Shown here: piece after piece, positions 234,600 to 248,000 of the stretch
Layout: every line of letters starts with the position of its first letter
Position numbering within the stretch: position 1 is the first letter of the stretch
Origin: Wallemia ichthyophaga EXF-994
Lineage: Eukaryota > Fungi > Basidiomycota
Direction of reading: 5' to 3'
Assembly: GCF_000400465.1 (NCBI RefSeq)
Contig: NW_008806284.1
Location: 20,001 to 268,000, forward strand
DNA: 248,000 nt
Notes under the pieces: generated by a model
What the model was told of the DNA's origin: nothing
The model's database searches: none
The model's input: only the letters and a program-made list of their open reading frames with translations
Position numbers and translations under genes: made by a program

Positions 234600-235738
234600 C
234601 TTTCGTAAAGAAATGAATAGAGTGAAATGAAATACTGCAGGATTGCAGACTTTCAAAGGCCATCACCAACGTACCTAGCAATACAGTTAGCTTCATACCC
234701 TAAAAAACACACACAACTCACCATTTCTGGGTCCATCTTCTGTCAAAGTCATCGTCTGGATTAACAAAACGCAAATCAGTGCTGAGTCTGATCTTCTCTG
234801 TTTCGTTCACAGACGACGCGTGGATCATGAATGGCTGGTGGAATACCACGTCCCCGTCCTCGAAGTTGGTCATAAGCCACTTCCTTCCGTACACCTTACC
234901 GAAGCCCTGTGCATCGTCTGAGAGGATACCTCCGCGCATCATATTGCTGTTGAAAGCTGACAGACGTTCTTGTGGTGTGAAAGATTTAGCTCTTTCGCTA
235001 AAGTCATTCTCAATTTCCCTGCCAATCTCGTGTGACTTGTCCAGGTAGATCAAGCTCCCACCATTAGCTGCACATGAGCCAATCGGGACCCAGGCGGTCA
235101 AGCTAGTTGGGAGAGCGCCGCGCAGAAATATCTGATCATAATGCACTGCCGTAGCCTCAGAGCCCTTTATGTTTGTCCTGAGCATCTGGCGCTGCAGGAG
235201 GAGAATATTCTCCCAGTCCGTAATCTTACGTACAAAATTATAAAGCTCTGTAAGATTGTCTATTAGAAAGTCAATGCGCGCCGTAAGTCAACCTACCTGG
235301 TATCTTCTGAAATTCTTCGTAGAAATCCGCGTAATGAGCTTCAGTGGCTTTAGTTAAGAACTCGATCTGTTGCGGATCAAGGGTGCCCTCGCCCGTAGCT
235401 GCTGATCCCGGTCCACCGTACTTCTTGGGATCGCCACCTACAAAGATGCCATCAACTGGATCGGTACCCTCCTTGAGCACGCCTGTGCACTTAACAAAGT
235501 CGAAGTACGCTCTCCTCATGTTCTTCACTGCCTCGACCGGCAGCAGCCCCTTCACCAGTACATATCCGTCCTTTATGTACCTCTCCTTGATCAACTCAAC
235601 GGGAGCATCCTTTGAGGTCTCCTTTAGCCAACCAATATTTTCATCTTCGATTGCTCCACCGTTGCTCGTTAATTTAAAGCCTTTTTCCGGTGGTGTGTAT
235701 ACAGGTAAATCGACGCTACGTGCTACTTCTACTGACAT
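234600..235738 (-). CDS. Phytanoyl-CoA dioxygenase family protein
   Basis: AVHYDQIFLR, TAWVPIG, MIHAS, RLSTDLRF. Confidence 0.85.
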
Positions 235739-235899
235739 TGTGATACTATGTACTTGATGAGATTAAACGCAAGAGCTATTCATCACACTTAAATACCGTT
235801 TAAGCCCATCCAAATCGGTTTTTCAAATTCGCTGACGTCACGAGATAGAATAATCGGATCTTTAACAAAACCTACATTGTCGGTTCGGAATTTTAGATA

Positions 235900-238800
235900 A
235901 ATTGCAATAATGATACAAATTCAGTTTTTATTCTTAAATCTGTGATGAATAGTGGTCAGTTAATACTTTAAACAAGTATAAAAAAAAAACCCACGACAAT
236001 CGGATATCAGTTTGGGTATAGTGTAATCCTTCAAGACCGGCAAAACATGCGGCAATCAGCTGGTTCCAGTCATTAGACCAGGCAACAAGGTAGTCTTCTA
236101 GCGCTTTCCACACGATTTCGATGACCTTAAAGACCTCATTATATCCGACTTCGTCTTCGATGTTAACGTCAAAGTGCTTTTCAACTCGCTTGCGCAAAGC
236201 TTCTGTTGACTTTCTTAGATCTTTGGCTGTAAAGTCTCGCACTATTCTCTTGTACACACTTTTACCAAACGTGGGATGACTAATCATTTCGGACGCTTTG
236301 GTTGTCTTGAGTGCCTTCTCCAGACCCTCAAAGTAGTCTATTTGTTTGTGCAGATGTCTTTTCCATAGCAGCTTCACGTACGATTCCATGTGTGAGCTAT
236401 AGAGCGACTCGGCTGTCACCATGAACGAAGAGAGTGGTTTCATTGGCTTAGCTTTGAACGATTGCAGGAAGTGATGGGAATTTGCTATCATAATGACCTG
236501 CAAATGTTTCAGTCAGTGAACCACCTCCGAAAAAACCCCCACCCACATGCAAATTGAGTGCACCTTTATCCTCGCCATTGACATCTACACTTTCCTCCTC
236601 CTTGGCAATTTGCTTGAGCGAGTCAAACACTTTGCCGATAATCTTATCATAAGCGTCGTTGACGTTCTGGCGTATTTCCATATTGTCGCCCACTATAGAG
236701 AGCTGAGCTTCAATCCTGCCCACAAAAGAAGGTATAATCCGAATGAACGGTGCTACACCCATGCGCTTCTTTGTCGTCAGTTTTGTGTTCTCAATCGCTC
236801 TTATCTGCTCCGAAATGTACTTGGAAAACATATTGTTCAGTCGCATTTTTTGCTTTTTGAGAAGTGAGTGGAGGTAAGGCTGATCTTTGTTGTAAGCATC
236901 CTTCATTGATTTCTCAAGCTGTACAATTATGCCGACTATTTGCCTGTAGCCCAGGTTTTAGAAGAGAAGTGAGTGTAAAAAAACTTACATATTGTCTTTG
237001 ACAAGTGCACCATCTATCCACGATTGCAGGGCCGGAGATAAGAATGAGAATATCGCTTCAAATGCACTCTTGAGGTCAGAAAGCGGTCCAAAGTTAACAG
237101 CACTGAGTGAATCTCTTGCTTTACGTTTGAATGCATCTTCCAAATCGACATATTCCGCGAATGTGGGCGGTGTGTCGAGAATAGCGAGCAAGTCTTGTAA
237201 AAAAACCTCTTCATTCTTCATTTGGGTAGAGATTTGCGTAAGTATTTTTGCTAGCGATTCGTGTGCAGGTATATCGCCCTTTTTGTTATTTTTGGTATCT
237301 AAGCGCTTCTCAGGACGCTTACGACCAGGCTGACTATTGAATCCGTCAATTGGATTGGAAAAGTTAGCATCACTCTCCTCATCTGTGGCTTTGTGGTTGA
237401 GATTTTCATATACCTTCAAAAGTTTGGACATTTCTCTATTGTGTAACTCAGCCGCCGAGCTAAAATAGTTATCACATACTTCCTTGTAGCGATTTTTATC
237501 CATCTCCCTTAGAAAAAGCACCAGACCACAATACCTTCCGAGGTACGATTCCATCTTTTCATGCGATTTAATGATAGGCTTGGCTTCAGAGATTTGTCTT
237601 CCTGCGTCGTTGAGGAGATTGTCGACTTGGAACTTGAACATGATCGAAAGATAGTCGAGCATACGTTTGGCGAATTGCAGAGTGATAGTTCTATACTCGC
237701 TGACACGCTTCTCGTCAACGTCGGGTTGGTCATCATTTGCTTTAATGGCTTTGTAGAGAGTAGCAGCAGCTCTCTCCAGCGCCTCAATACCCTTGTCATT
237801 CTCAAGACTCTCCTTGGTCAACACTATCAAATCGGCCTGATCGACGTCAACATTTGGTGGAGATAATTGGTCTAGTTTTTCAATTTCATTGAGTAGCGCT
237901 TGCTCGTTGTTTATTTGCGTTTGTTTGCCTCGTTGTGATTCAATGTAGCTGATATCTTCACCAACGAGCATAAGATGTGCTCTAAATTTACTAACCAATG
238001 CATCCATATCATCCAGCTCTGCAAGATTTGAGTCGAGGTAATCAAATAAGTAGTCGATGGTATCAACCTGGTCAGAAACAATCGACCTGATCATCGCAGC
238101 TTCGGCGTTGTTGATTTCGTTTGTGAGGGATTGTTCATCTTGTTGACTAATTGCAGAGGAGTCAATATGTGCAGCACTTCTAAGAGATCTCCAGTTTGCA
238201 CCGCCCAAAGCTTCATCAATTTGTTGTATGTCGTTGTACGATTCTGAGGTCGAAGTGTGAGAGTTCTTTCTTGCGAGCGAAGAAAAAGCATCGCCTAAAG
238301 AAGTGTCCGAAGGTCTTGAGAACTTTCTTTTATGAGAACGTTTCTGGATGATTGGGGAGGGAGAGTTATCGAAAGACTGCCTTGGGGTGAGTTTGCTGGT
238401 ATTGAGGCTGAGTTGAGGAGGGGGGACAGGTGGAGAAGGAGGAGTTGGGGAGGCTGCGATAGGGGAAGCAACAGCTGGAGAAGATTGTTTCTGTAAGGGA
238501 GGTATTGGTGAAGATTGTTGGGGTTTTGGTGGCGGTGATACTTGTGTCTGTGGTGATACTTGCTGATGCTGAGGAATTGGGGATAATCGATGTTTTTGTG
238601 GTTGAGAGAGAGTTGGTGGAGGTTGCTGTTGTGGCTGGGGTGGCTGTTGTGGCTGCTGTGGTGGTGAATTTGGTTGCTGAAGCGACGGTTTGGGTTTTTG
238701 CTGTGGTTGTTGTGGTTGCTGGAGTGGTTGGTAAGGTTGCTTGTGCGATTGTTGTGACTGCTGCGACTGCTTCGATTGTTTTGGCTCAGACTGCTGGTGA

Positions 238801-239357
238801 ATAGGTGGCTGTTGACGTTTTCTATGTTGTGTATGTTGATTGTGCTGTGTGTTATGTGTGTTATGTGTGTTATGTGTGCTACCTGTGCTTTGTGTGTGCT
238901 CTGTGTGCTGTCTGCTGTGAGAATTGTCTGAGACATCCGGTCTACTTGGTTTTAAACTAAGAGGTGTGGTTGAATTGTAATGATTTAGAAGTGAAATCTT
239001 ATTATCATAATGAGCATTGTAGTTATTTACTATCGCATCTAAAAAAGGTTTTAATTCAGTAACCCTTTCTGCTTTCCACTGATAAGACTTAGATAAAGTA
239101 AGCTTAAAAGTGTCATAATTGAGCAATTCAACCTTTAAAAGTGCATTTAATAGCCAGAATTTTCCAATAGAGAACGTCCCATTAGAGTTTCTCTTTGATT
239201 TATAGAGAACTGGATGATTCTGGTGAGTATCAAAGGCTAGAAGGAGGTAGCGTGGCTTTGGTGGATCGCCGGGCTCTATAATTTTACAGTGGCTCAAATA
239301 TCTATCCTTGCTGAGACCGGAAAACAGAGAAGATTTAATTTGATCAGATATTTCCAT
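235900..239357 (-). CDS. SEC3: Exocyst subunit Sec3
   Basis: N-terminal PH (KSKRNSNGTFSIGKFW), Sec3_C. Confidence 0.9.
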
Positions 239358-239389
239358 TTCCACGATGACTGTCTGCTTGGAACAGTCAG

Positions 239390-240010
239390 ATGCAATCATC
239401 AAACACTCACTTAGCAAGGCAGTTACAGCAACTCAAAAAATATCCAGTTCAAGGATTTAGCGCTGGATTGGTTGATGACAATAATTTATATGAATGGGAG
239501 ATTATCCTAATAGGTCCTGTAGATACTCTATATGAGGGTGCAATATTGAAGGCAAAATTATACTTCCCAGAGGTTAGTGGGGGAAATCTATGAGTCTATG
239601 TGTACTCAAAGAGTCCCAGGAATACCCATTGCTCCCTCCAAAAATGAAGTTCTTGTCTGAATTGTGGCATCCATCGAGTGGGTTGAGACATATATGTGTA
239701 AAAACAATACTAATAGCATTAAATCAAAGTCTATAACACTCCAGATAGAAAAGGGGAAGTTTGTATTTCAATTCTACACCCACCTGGTGATGATGAATGG
239801 GGTTGGGAGGATGCCTCAGAGAGGTGGTTGCCAGTCCACTCAGTTGAATCAATTCTAATCTCAGTTATTTCCCTCTTGTCTTCAGATACACCTTGTACTG
239901 ACTCACCTGCAAACGTAGACGCTGCAAAACAAGTTAGAGAGGATTTAACTGGATATAGAAAAACAGTACGTAGATTGGCAAGAAAGTCAGCAGAGGATAT
240001 TTGGGAGTGA
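239390..240010 (+). CDS. E2 ubiquitin-conjugating enzyme, UBE2G/Ubc7 class
   Basis: [33 protein letters not shown]. Confidence 0.9.
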
Positions 240011-241084
240011 ATTTGGTACACCAAGTATCAATATTTATATCTCAGTTGAATATAAATCACGTTAAATCAAGTTTGTTTAAAACTGTCGTCATCATGAATT
240101 CTGCATATATATTAGTTTCTGTGTTAGTTTGGATTTTAAGGTTGTAAATTAGTCTAATCAGTCACCACCAGACAGCCACTCTCCCCCAACGCTCAAATAA
240201 CAGACACAGGATTCAAACAAATCTTAAACTCATCTTTAATTTCTTTATATGGGGTTGTAAATGGAAGTATACACGTTGATGTCATTGCAGTTACAGATAA
240301 ACTATCAAATGGCTTACAGAAAGTTGGACTCAAATGTGCGCAGGAGTGAGTGACATCGGAGTGTCTAGGAGTAAAAGTCTTATCCCCCTCTCAGACACGC
240401 TCAGCAGGTCAAGAATAGCCTCAGTACTGCTTCAACCACTTCTACGAGATTCTTCGATGACTCCTTCAAGATAAGTGTTGTTGATTCTGGCAATACACCA
240501 ACTATACTCCAACCAATAACAGAATTTGAATACAAGCAAGCACAATTAGCACAATTCAAATGAGCTTTGAGCTGTGCGATTTGGCGTGGTCAACTGATCA
240601 CACCACACCAACGATTCCTAAAGTCTCCGCACCGTCGGCATCAATTGAATTATATTAGACACAAATTAAACCCTCAAAATTAGTAAATGCACGCACTGAA
240701 CAATATTATTATAATTTTAATTACCCTGCCGCACATAATCGATGCGTGCCGCTGTAGCTGAGTGAAATGAAGACCCCAAAATTCGAATGTGACAGCTGCC
240801 ATAGAGATTGCGAGGGCGCTTAAAGGGCTAAGCGAGTTGATATATAAAACCCTCTGTCAGTGAGACAATTTTTGAGCTAGTAATTAATTTGGAACCTGTG
240901 TGCCTTCGGGCGTCGCGTGGCGTGCGTTAGTGGAGTGACAGGAGGTCGGAGCATTTACAGCGGATAAGAATATCCAGTGAGAATACTATGAAACTTCTGT
241001 CCCAGACAATTGCAAGCGTCGCTTGCTCGGTTAACGTAAGATCCGTGTTTTGGGGAGATTTATCATGCAAATTAAATTGATCGT

Positions 241085-241700
241085 ATGTCTCCCACAACCA
241101 ACACGATGATTGTACATCTCCCAAGCAGTTATCATGTACATAAAACGAAAGACGGTGACGAGGTAGAGCTCGTTGATAAACACAAGGGTGGCCATTGGCT
241201 GTTGAAGAGTTTAAGCGAAAAGAACACTTTAAGCTTGATAGATCCAGCAGAAAGACTGTATGCACACTCGAAGCAGCATGGATTCGATTATGAAGTTAAC
241301 TTATCAAATGGTCGCGTCAACATTGATAGGGATAGTTACTTTAACAGTTTGAGCTACTTGTTTGCGTTGCCTTCTGGAGTAAATTGCTCAGTAAAGTCAA
241401 GTGATTTTTACAATCTTAGAGTGGTTGACTTGGAAACGGATAAGACACTGGCTACCTATTCGAAGCATAAGCACGGATTATCACTTCACAAGTACTCGAC
241501 GTTGAAAATAAATCCTGATTTGTCAGATCACGATAAGTTGCTGCTTATTATGGTTTGTCTGCAGGTGAGTGAAGTAAACTGAGACATTCTACATTAATGC
241601 TTACAAAGATGAACAGATGAGCAGAATTGAAAGGCAACCAAAGTCAAATCATCATCATCACTTGAAGCAGCTATTGCCACTATCTTCATCTACTAGCTCA
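241085..241700 (+). CDS. Hypothetical (LURP/tubby-like) protein
   Basis: 165-aa ORF plus downstream exon; beta-rich pattern. Confidence 0.4.
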
Positions 241701-241809
241701 CTGAGTTCCTTAACATCACTCAATAACTTTCTCCATTCTCATACGTCGAGTCCTTCTAGCTCACCTAAGCTACACAAAAACTCAATATGAAAAACATTCA
241801 AGAAAAACT

Positions 241810-242693
241810 TGATATACCCAACTGATGCTGATTTCAACTTACGATATAAACTCATGACATATGCAATTTGTAACAGAACTGTATAACTTATTTTGTAGCA
241901 AATATTTGAATAAAAATAGATGAAAAACAATTCAAACAATAGTTTCAAGTTCTTTAGCGTAATTGAGGGAGTGAGATATCATGTTATGAGAAGGAAGTGA
242001 GAACTTTTGCTTTTCAATGCCAGTTATGCTGTTTAGGTCTTTGAAGATGACGTGTTGGGTGGAAGGGGAAATGGTCCAACCTCTGGAAGTAGCGAATTGA
242101 GTTAGTTGAGCAGGGGAGTTGAAGAAGAGGAGAGTAGCAGCGTCATTGATTGGTAAAGAATCGTAAGCCTTCTCTTCACAGGAAGCGATTTCATTTCTAA
242201 TAGTTTCCAAGAAGGCCAACCAAATCCAATGGCCAGCTAACTCAATTTCAGGCTTTGAATCCCAAACTTTGCTGTAAGAACCTTCCATGATCCATCTTTC
242301 TAATTTAATGGGAGTTTGAATGTGAAAGTTGGATAATAAGTGGATAGGGATAGACTCAAGGAGGGTGTGGAAGTCAGAGATTCTATTTTGAGTGAGATAT
242401 ATGAGTAATTGTAGGGCAATGATCTTTGGTTGATTGGTGGAGTCGTTTGTAAGTGACCAGAAAGGGTTCAATAGGTTTATATAGCGTTCGAAAGATTTCA
242501 AATCTTGTGAGGTGATTGAGTGGAGTGCACCAACTTCTAATATATCCCTAGAAACTTGTAAATCGACCATATCACTTCTAGTTGAGGGGATAAGTAGATT
242601 CGACTGTGACATTAGAAGTTTTGCTTCGTTTAAGCCCTCAACAACACGCTCTCCTTTTTCTATTCTCTGTTTTATTTCAAATAATTTTGACAT
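241810..242693 (-). CDS. RPN12: 26S proteasome lid Rpn12
   Basis: RDILEVGAL, LTQNRISDFHTLLE, LERWIMEGSYSKV. Confidence 0.93.
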
Positions 242694-242776
242694 GATGGTT
242701 GTGCTAGTCCAAGATTACGATTACGTATACCCAGCACTCAGACAGCCATCAACTAAATTATAATTTAATATAAAAA

Positions 242777-243566
242777 ATGGATTTACGCAGCGCTATGACA
242801 CATGCAGACGCCCAAAGATTAAAGAAGGGTGAAGTAAACCTTGGTACATCGATTATGGCAGTTGAATTTGAAGGTGGAGTTGTCATCGGTGCTGATTCAA
242901 GGACTACGATGGGCAGTTATATCGTGGGTTTTGATTGGTCAAACGTTATCCACGCCTTACGCCTCCTCTCTACAGGCTAACAGAGTCACCGATAAACTGA
243001 CTCACATTCATGATCGCATTTATTGCTGTAGATCTGGTTCAGCTGCTGATACTCAAGCGGTGGCTGATATCGTTGCATATCACTTATCCATGTTCTCGGT
243101 TCAACAAGGTGAAAGACCAAATACACACACCGCTGCTGCATTATTCAATCAACTCTGTTACGGCAATAAGGATAGGTTATCTGCTGGTATCATTGTTGCT
243201 GGTTATGACAAGGAAAATGGCGGTAGCGTCTACAATATACCCCTCGGTGGTGGTATGTTTAAGCAACCATGGGCAATCGGTGGTAGTGGCTCTACTTACG
243301 TTTACGGTTATTGTGATGCAACCTACAAAGATGGAATGAACAAAGATGAAACTGTTCATTTCGTTAAGAACACTCTCGCTCTCGCCATGTCTAGAGATGG
243401 TAGCTCTGGTGGGACTATTAGAATGTGTGTCATTACTGATGATGGTGTACAACGCCTATTCGTACCTGGAAATGAATTACCTCAATTCTGGGAACCTCAA
243501 GTAAATGTAAACAAACCGGCTCATCAACTAGCCATGGAAGCTGAAGGTGATATTATGGTTCATTAA
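242777..243566 (+). CDS. PRE3: 20S proteasome beta1
   Basis: [23 protein letters not shown]. Confidence 0.95.
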
Positions 243567-243668
243567 AATGGCTCAATTTATCTTTTTGTAAGAATACACG
243601 TAGTTTTTATATTAAGATTCTTTTAATACGCTTTTCAACCACGCTTTCTACCATTACATGCCTCATAT

Positions 243669-244540
243669 ATGCCTGCATACGCAGACAATTATCCTGCATC
243701 TACAAACAATGGCCCTGTTATTCTCACTATAGACGGTTTAAATGAGGAGTCTTGTGAAACTGAATATACCATGGAATTAGATGCTATGGATACCGAAACA
243801 GACTCATTAAACGTCGTTGACAACCAAATTGATGATATAATGGCTGTTGATGTACATACCGTGTGTTTGCCCATTTAATGTTCTGCACTTTGTAATTCTT
243901 CTTATTCCCTACAGGACACCTTCCCTTCAAGTGTACTCATCCTCGATACGAACATTCTGATATCCAATCTGGATTTCCTCAAATCTCTCCACTCTCTCCT
244001 TCGCTCAAACCTCTGTCCACCATTCGGTATCGTCGTACCTGATATCGTCATACGCGAACTCGACGCACAGAAAGATAGCAATCGTGGTATATCTCATTTA
244101 TCACGCGCAGCACTAAGTTGGTGTCTTGATTGTGCTAAATCGAGCAATAGTCTGGTTAAATTTGAGAGAAGCAGTCTAATTGATGCTGTGGGTGAGGTAC
244201 ATTACAAAGCTAATAAAGATAACAATAATAAAAATAGGAGAATGATGTGAGCGTAAATTCACACTCTCGAACTTCTCTCACAAGTCCCCTCTCAACCTCC
244301 ACAGGATAGAATCATCGGTTGTGCAGCTCATCTTCAATCTAAAATCGTTGTCTTGCTCTTTACGAATGATAAATCTCTGGCTATCAAAGCCGAGAGTGTT
244401 GGTGGGTAGGTTACCCTCCTTTAACCCTCTCACAACTCTCCCAGGCATTCAAACAATCTCGACTTCAGAAAGTGAAATTTCTCACCTACGTGAGATAGCA
244501 GGTGACAAGTCTTCTCAGGCGTCTAGATATTCAAGCTAAC
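243669..244540 (+). CDS. PIN-domain protein (Swt1-like)
   Basis: ILDTNILI, VVPDIVIRELD, NDDRII.C, LFTND. Confidence 0.75.
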
Positions 244541-244647
244541 ACTAGGTGCTAAATACTTAAAAAAGTAGACTAAACCGTTTATACAAGTCAAATACAAAGA
244601 AAAAAACAACAGTAACACGTGTATTATAAAAATAAGTAGATTATAAA

Positions 244648-246548
244648 TTATAAACGTTGCGATTCTATATACGTCCCCACAGCGCGCACTTCATCACCGT
244701 TAGCCTTCTTCAAATGATTCCTTAGATCACTTTTCGCCGCCTGGGGGAGAAGGTTCTCAAGTCTATTCAAACTTGCTTTGAAAGCCGGGCTCATTTCTTC
244801 TGCAGGTTTCTTACTCGATTGTCTCACAGGTGCAGGTGTACTAGCTCGCAACTCGTATTTACTAGGCGGCTTGAGATTAGCCAATCCAGGAAATGGTTCT
244901 GGGTTGAGCACGTGAGTTAAATTAAAAATACTACTGTTGCGACTCTTGCTAGGTTTAGCACGTGGTCCAGTGGGTGCGCGCTCAAGGCCATCTAAATTTA
245001 TATGTGATGTGGACGCTGCTGAGACGTGTCTAGGGGTTTTGTGTGAAGATCCACGAGCTGGTACTGTCACCTCCTTATTATCCTTCCCGCTTATAGTCGT
245101 AGGTGTTGATGTAGTTGTACTTGCTGTACTCGTGCTTACGCCAGTAGCCGGTGTATCCCGCTCCACCATCTCTTCGCTGCGATTAGGGCTCCGAGGGGGA
245201 GTCGTCCCGGGCGTTGTCGTGTAGAGTGGCGGTGATATGGATGAAATTGATGAAGGTAGGTCTGCATCTTTGCTAATAGGTGATGGATGTCCAATTTGCA
245301 GCTTCTTCGGTGGTGATTTTGCACTCGTCCGTCGACCAAGATTGGCAAAGAAACCAGCAGCACGACTAGCCTTAACGGTAGCTGTACTCCGTGGTGAGCT
245401 GATAGCGCTGCTAGTGCTACCAGTTTTTTTTACCATAGCCGCTGCGCCAGGATAAGGGAGATGCTCAGGTATTTTATCAGGCGGGCTATCGCCAGCAACA
245501 GCTTTAGTGAGATCGTGGGCAACATTAATATCACTGCCTGGACGAAGTGGGAAGGTTGAGTTAGTAGCAAAGGACGCAGAACTATGTTGGCGATCTTGAA
245601 TGCTGGGACGTTCTTGGTGATAAGGGACGACTGGAGTGGACATGTAAGGACTATTAGAAGTTTGGGCATTACTTGAGTGTATACTTGGAGCATTTGATGG
245701 TGATTGAGTAGCTTGGCGGTTGATTTCGTCATTATTTTCCATAACATCTGTCTCGCCTGCGTCAGATTGAATACTCTGTTGACTTTTCTCGCGCTTATAG
245801 CGTTCACTATGAAATACGAGAGGTGGTGGGCTGTAGCTGCGTGGCCTGCCTTCACCACCGACGCAACGAAGCCAGACTTGCAAGCCGCTCGCAGCTCTAG
245901 CAAGAGCGTTAATAGCCTCTGCGGTGCGCATAACACGGTCAGATGTAGACGAGGCACCGTTATAGGTAGCCTTAGAAGAGAAAGCATTAGGAAGGGGCAT
246001 ATCACGGGTGATTGAAACAGGGTCACAGTTGTCTGTGGGTGAGGGGAGGTCGATAGTGCTGTCAGAAGAGCGAGAGGAGCGAGAGGAGTGAGAGTAGACT
246101 GAATGAGCGTCATTTAGAGCAGCAGTTGACATTTGGCTAATCGCACTGCCTCTTCTCTTAAGGAGAATATCTGAAGGGATATGACCAATGCTAGTGCCGT
246201 GACTGTCAAATGTGTTCAGAAATAGGATAATGGTGAAGAAGAAGCCACGCACTCAACATCCACGCCGTGATAACTGCCAACTTTTACAGGGCCTTGTTCA
246301 CCACCGCTCGTGTACACATTCAAATGAGGATAATCACTGCTGTCCATACGCTCCATAACAGATATCTGTCTATTCGATTTGTCTACATCGTTCAATGTAC
246401 CACCAGAACTGTATTTACTCGATGGAGAAGACGAAGAAGAGGCATCGCCCGTTTCAGCGATGTAAGCGTAGTAATCAAGTACGCTGGCATTTGTATAGCG
246501 CTTATCATTATCCCCGTTGAAATCTCTGTTTTCTGTATTTTCTGTCAT
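244648..246548 (-). CDS. Low-complexity protein with C-terminal UBA/CUE-like domain
   Basis: LNRLENLLPQA..LRNHLKKANGDEVRAVGTY. Confidence 0.6.
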
Positions 246549-246983
246549 GATGGTTTACGCAAGAGAAGGCCAGGCTAATCCTCAGCAAGTTACACAATTT
246601 GGTCCAGTTACAGGTACTTGGTGGACTTAAGCGGACGGTGCGAAATACTCCACCAGTGTATGTAAATCACTTGAATTAATTTTGTTTTAATTGAATTTAC
246701 CTGATTAAATTTCAAAGACAATGCACCTCCACTTGGCTGTGTGGCTATGGGTGGCTTTGAATCTATGGATATACTTGAATAATTTCAAATCCACATCTAT
246801 AAAGTATTTCCGCAAATTAATTGTAAAAACTTGTAAACACTTGCTTACTCACGCACGGATCACTATAAGCAGTAACACAAGGGTCATGTAATTGGGGTTT
246901 TATATCAAAATACAAATACTTTTCATTCATTATTTGTACTTATTCTTTACTACGCGTATCTCCGATGATCTGCACTCACTCTC

Positions 246984-247882
246984 ATGACATCTCTCAATCT
247001 ACCCCATAAATACGCGTATCTGCGTAGATTGCTTGATAGAGCCATTAAATACTATCGAGATCTAAGCACCTCCTCCAAATTACTCCTCTGTTTCGCTATT
247101 GGCGTACATCAGTTATTCGCTTTGGTTGTCTGGTACTACGGACCAAAGGAAATATTCGGATACATTGCAAATACCGCTCTCTCTCTTCAGCAACTCAGCT
247201 TCGGCTGGCTGATTCTCGTTATATCCCTCGTCATTGCCTCTTTCCCTCCCATGATTGGCTATGGCATGCTTATATCTGTATGTGGCTTCGTTTATGGTTT
247301 CCCCTTGGGTATTCTCCCTGCTGGAATCGGCTCACTTGTGTGTCTCACACGTCACCCACATTCCTCACCCACTTACTCCCCTAAAAACAGTCAGGCGCAA
247401 GCTCCGTCTTCTTAATTAGCAGACAACTCCAAAAGACCCGTCTTTTCGGGAGCAAGTTGAGAGCTCTCTCTGTCTCTACAAAGTTTCAGGCGATAAGCAC
247501 CGCGATAACAGATCGCGGCATTGGTTTGGTCGTTCTCCTCAGACTCTGCCCTATTCCTCCCTGGGTATACAGCAATCTCGGCTTTAGTCTCCTTCCACCT
247601 GATAAACTCACCTTCACTCAGTTTTTCTTCGCTACCATTCTCAGTACACCACGCCTTTTCCTCCATGTCTTTATCGGTTCACGCGTATTTGCCCTTTCTG
247701 ACCCAAATAATCAACTCGATAGCACCACCAAGATTCTCGATATTACTGGTATTGTCGCAGGTATGGTCCTCTCCACCCTGCTAGGATGGTATGTGTATAG
247801 GGTTACAATGCACAAAATCAGTCAAAGCGTCGATGAAGAGTATAACATTGATAATGAAAGTCTATTATCTGAATTGAGGTGA
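246984..247882 (+). CDS. TVP38: Tvp38/SNARE-associated DedA-family protein
   Basis: ASFPPMIGY, LLRLCPIPPWVYSN, HVFIGSR. Confidence 0.88.
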
Positions 247883-248000
247883 ATATTAACGCATTCGCAT
247901 TATTTTCTACTTGGATTCCTGATGTCTTTGTCTATGTCCTTATTTGTGATCTCTTTTTGCTTTCTTAAGCTTGATATTTGGTATTAAGTGTATATGACAA

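Overview
Gene-dense, intron-rich fungal nuclear DNA with about 135 recognisable protein genes. Introns are short GT-AG types with many GTGAGT/GTGGGT donors, and intergenic gaps are often under 100 bp. This style and gene content point to a compact basidiomycete, most plausibly Wallemia (inference, not a database result). Most genes are housekeeping. Highlights: (1) a free-standing ErdS-type aminoacyl-tRNA:lipid transferase (DUF2156) lacking its synthetase domain, head-to-head with an alpha/beta hydrolase; (2) a train of box C/D snoRNAs apparently hosted in 3'-UTR introns of the rhodanese TUM1, including a U6 A47 guide and a duplicated LSU A-loop guide; (3) an ENA-type Na+-ATPase bracketed by 391-bp direct repeats; (4) a tightly linked acetate kinase-phosphoketolase pair; (5) an 8-kb island of same-strand orphan ORFs; (6) a 6.5-kb AT-rich gene desert that is a centromere candidate. 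No CRISPR or rRNA genes and no intact transposon were seen. Gene boundaries of spliced genes are approximate, and family calls come from motif recognition by eye.
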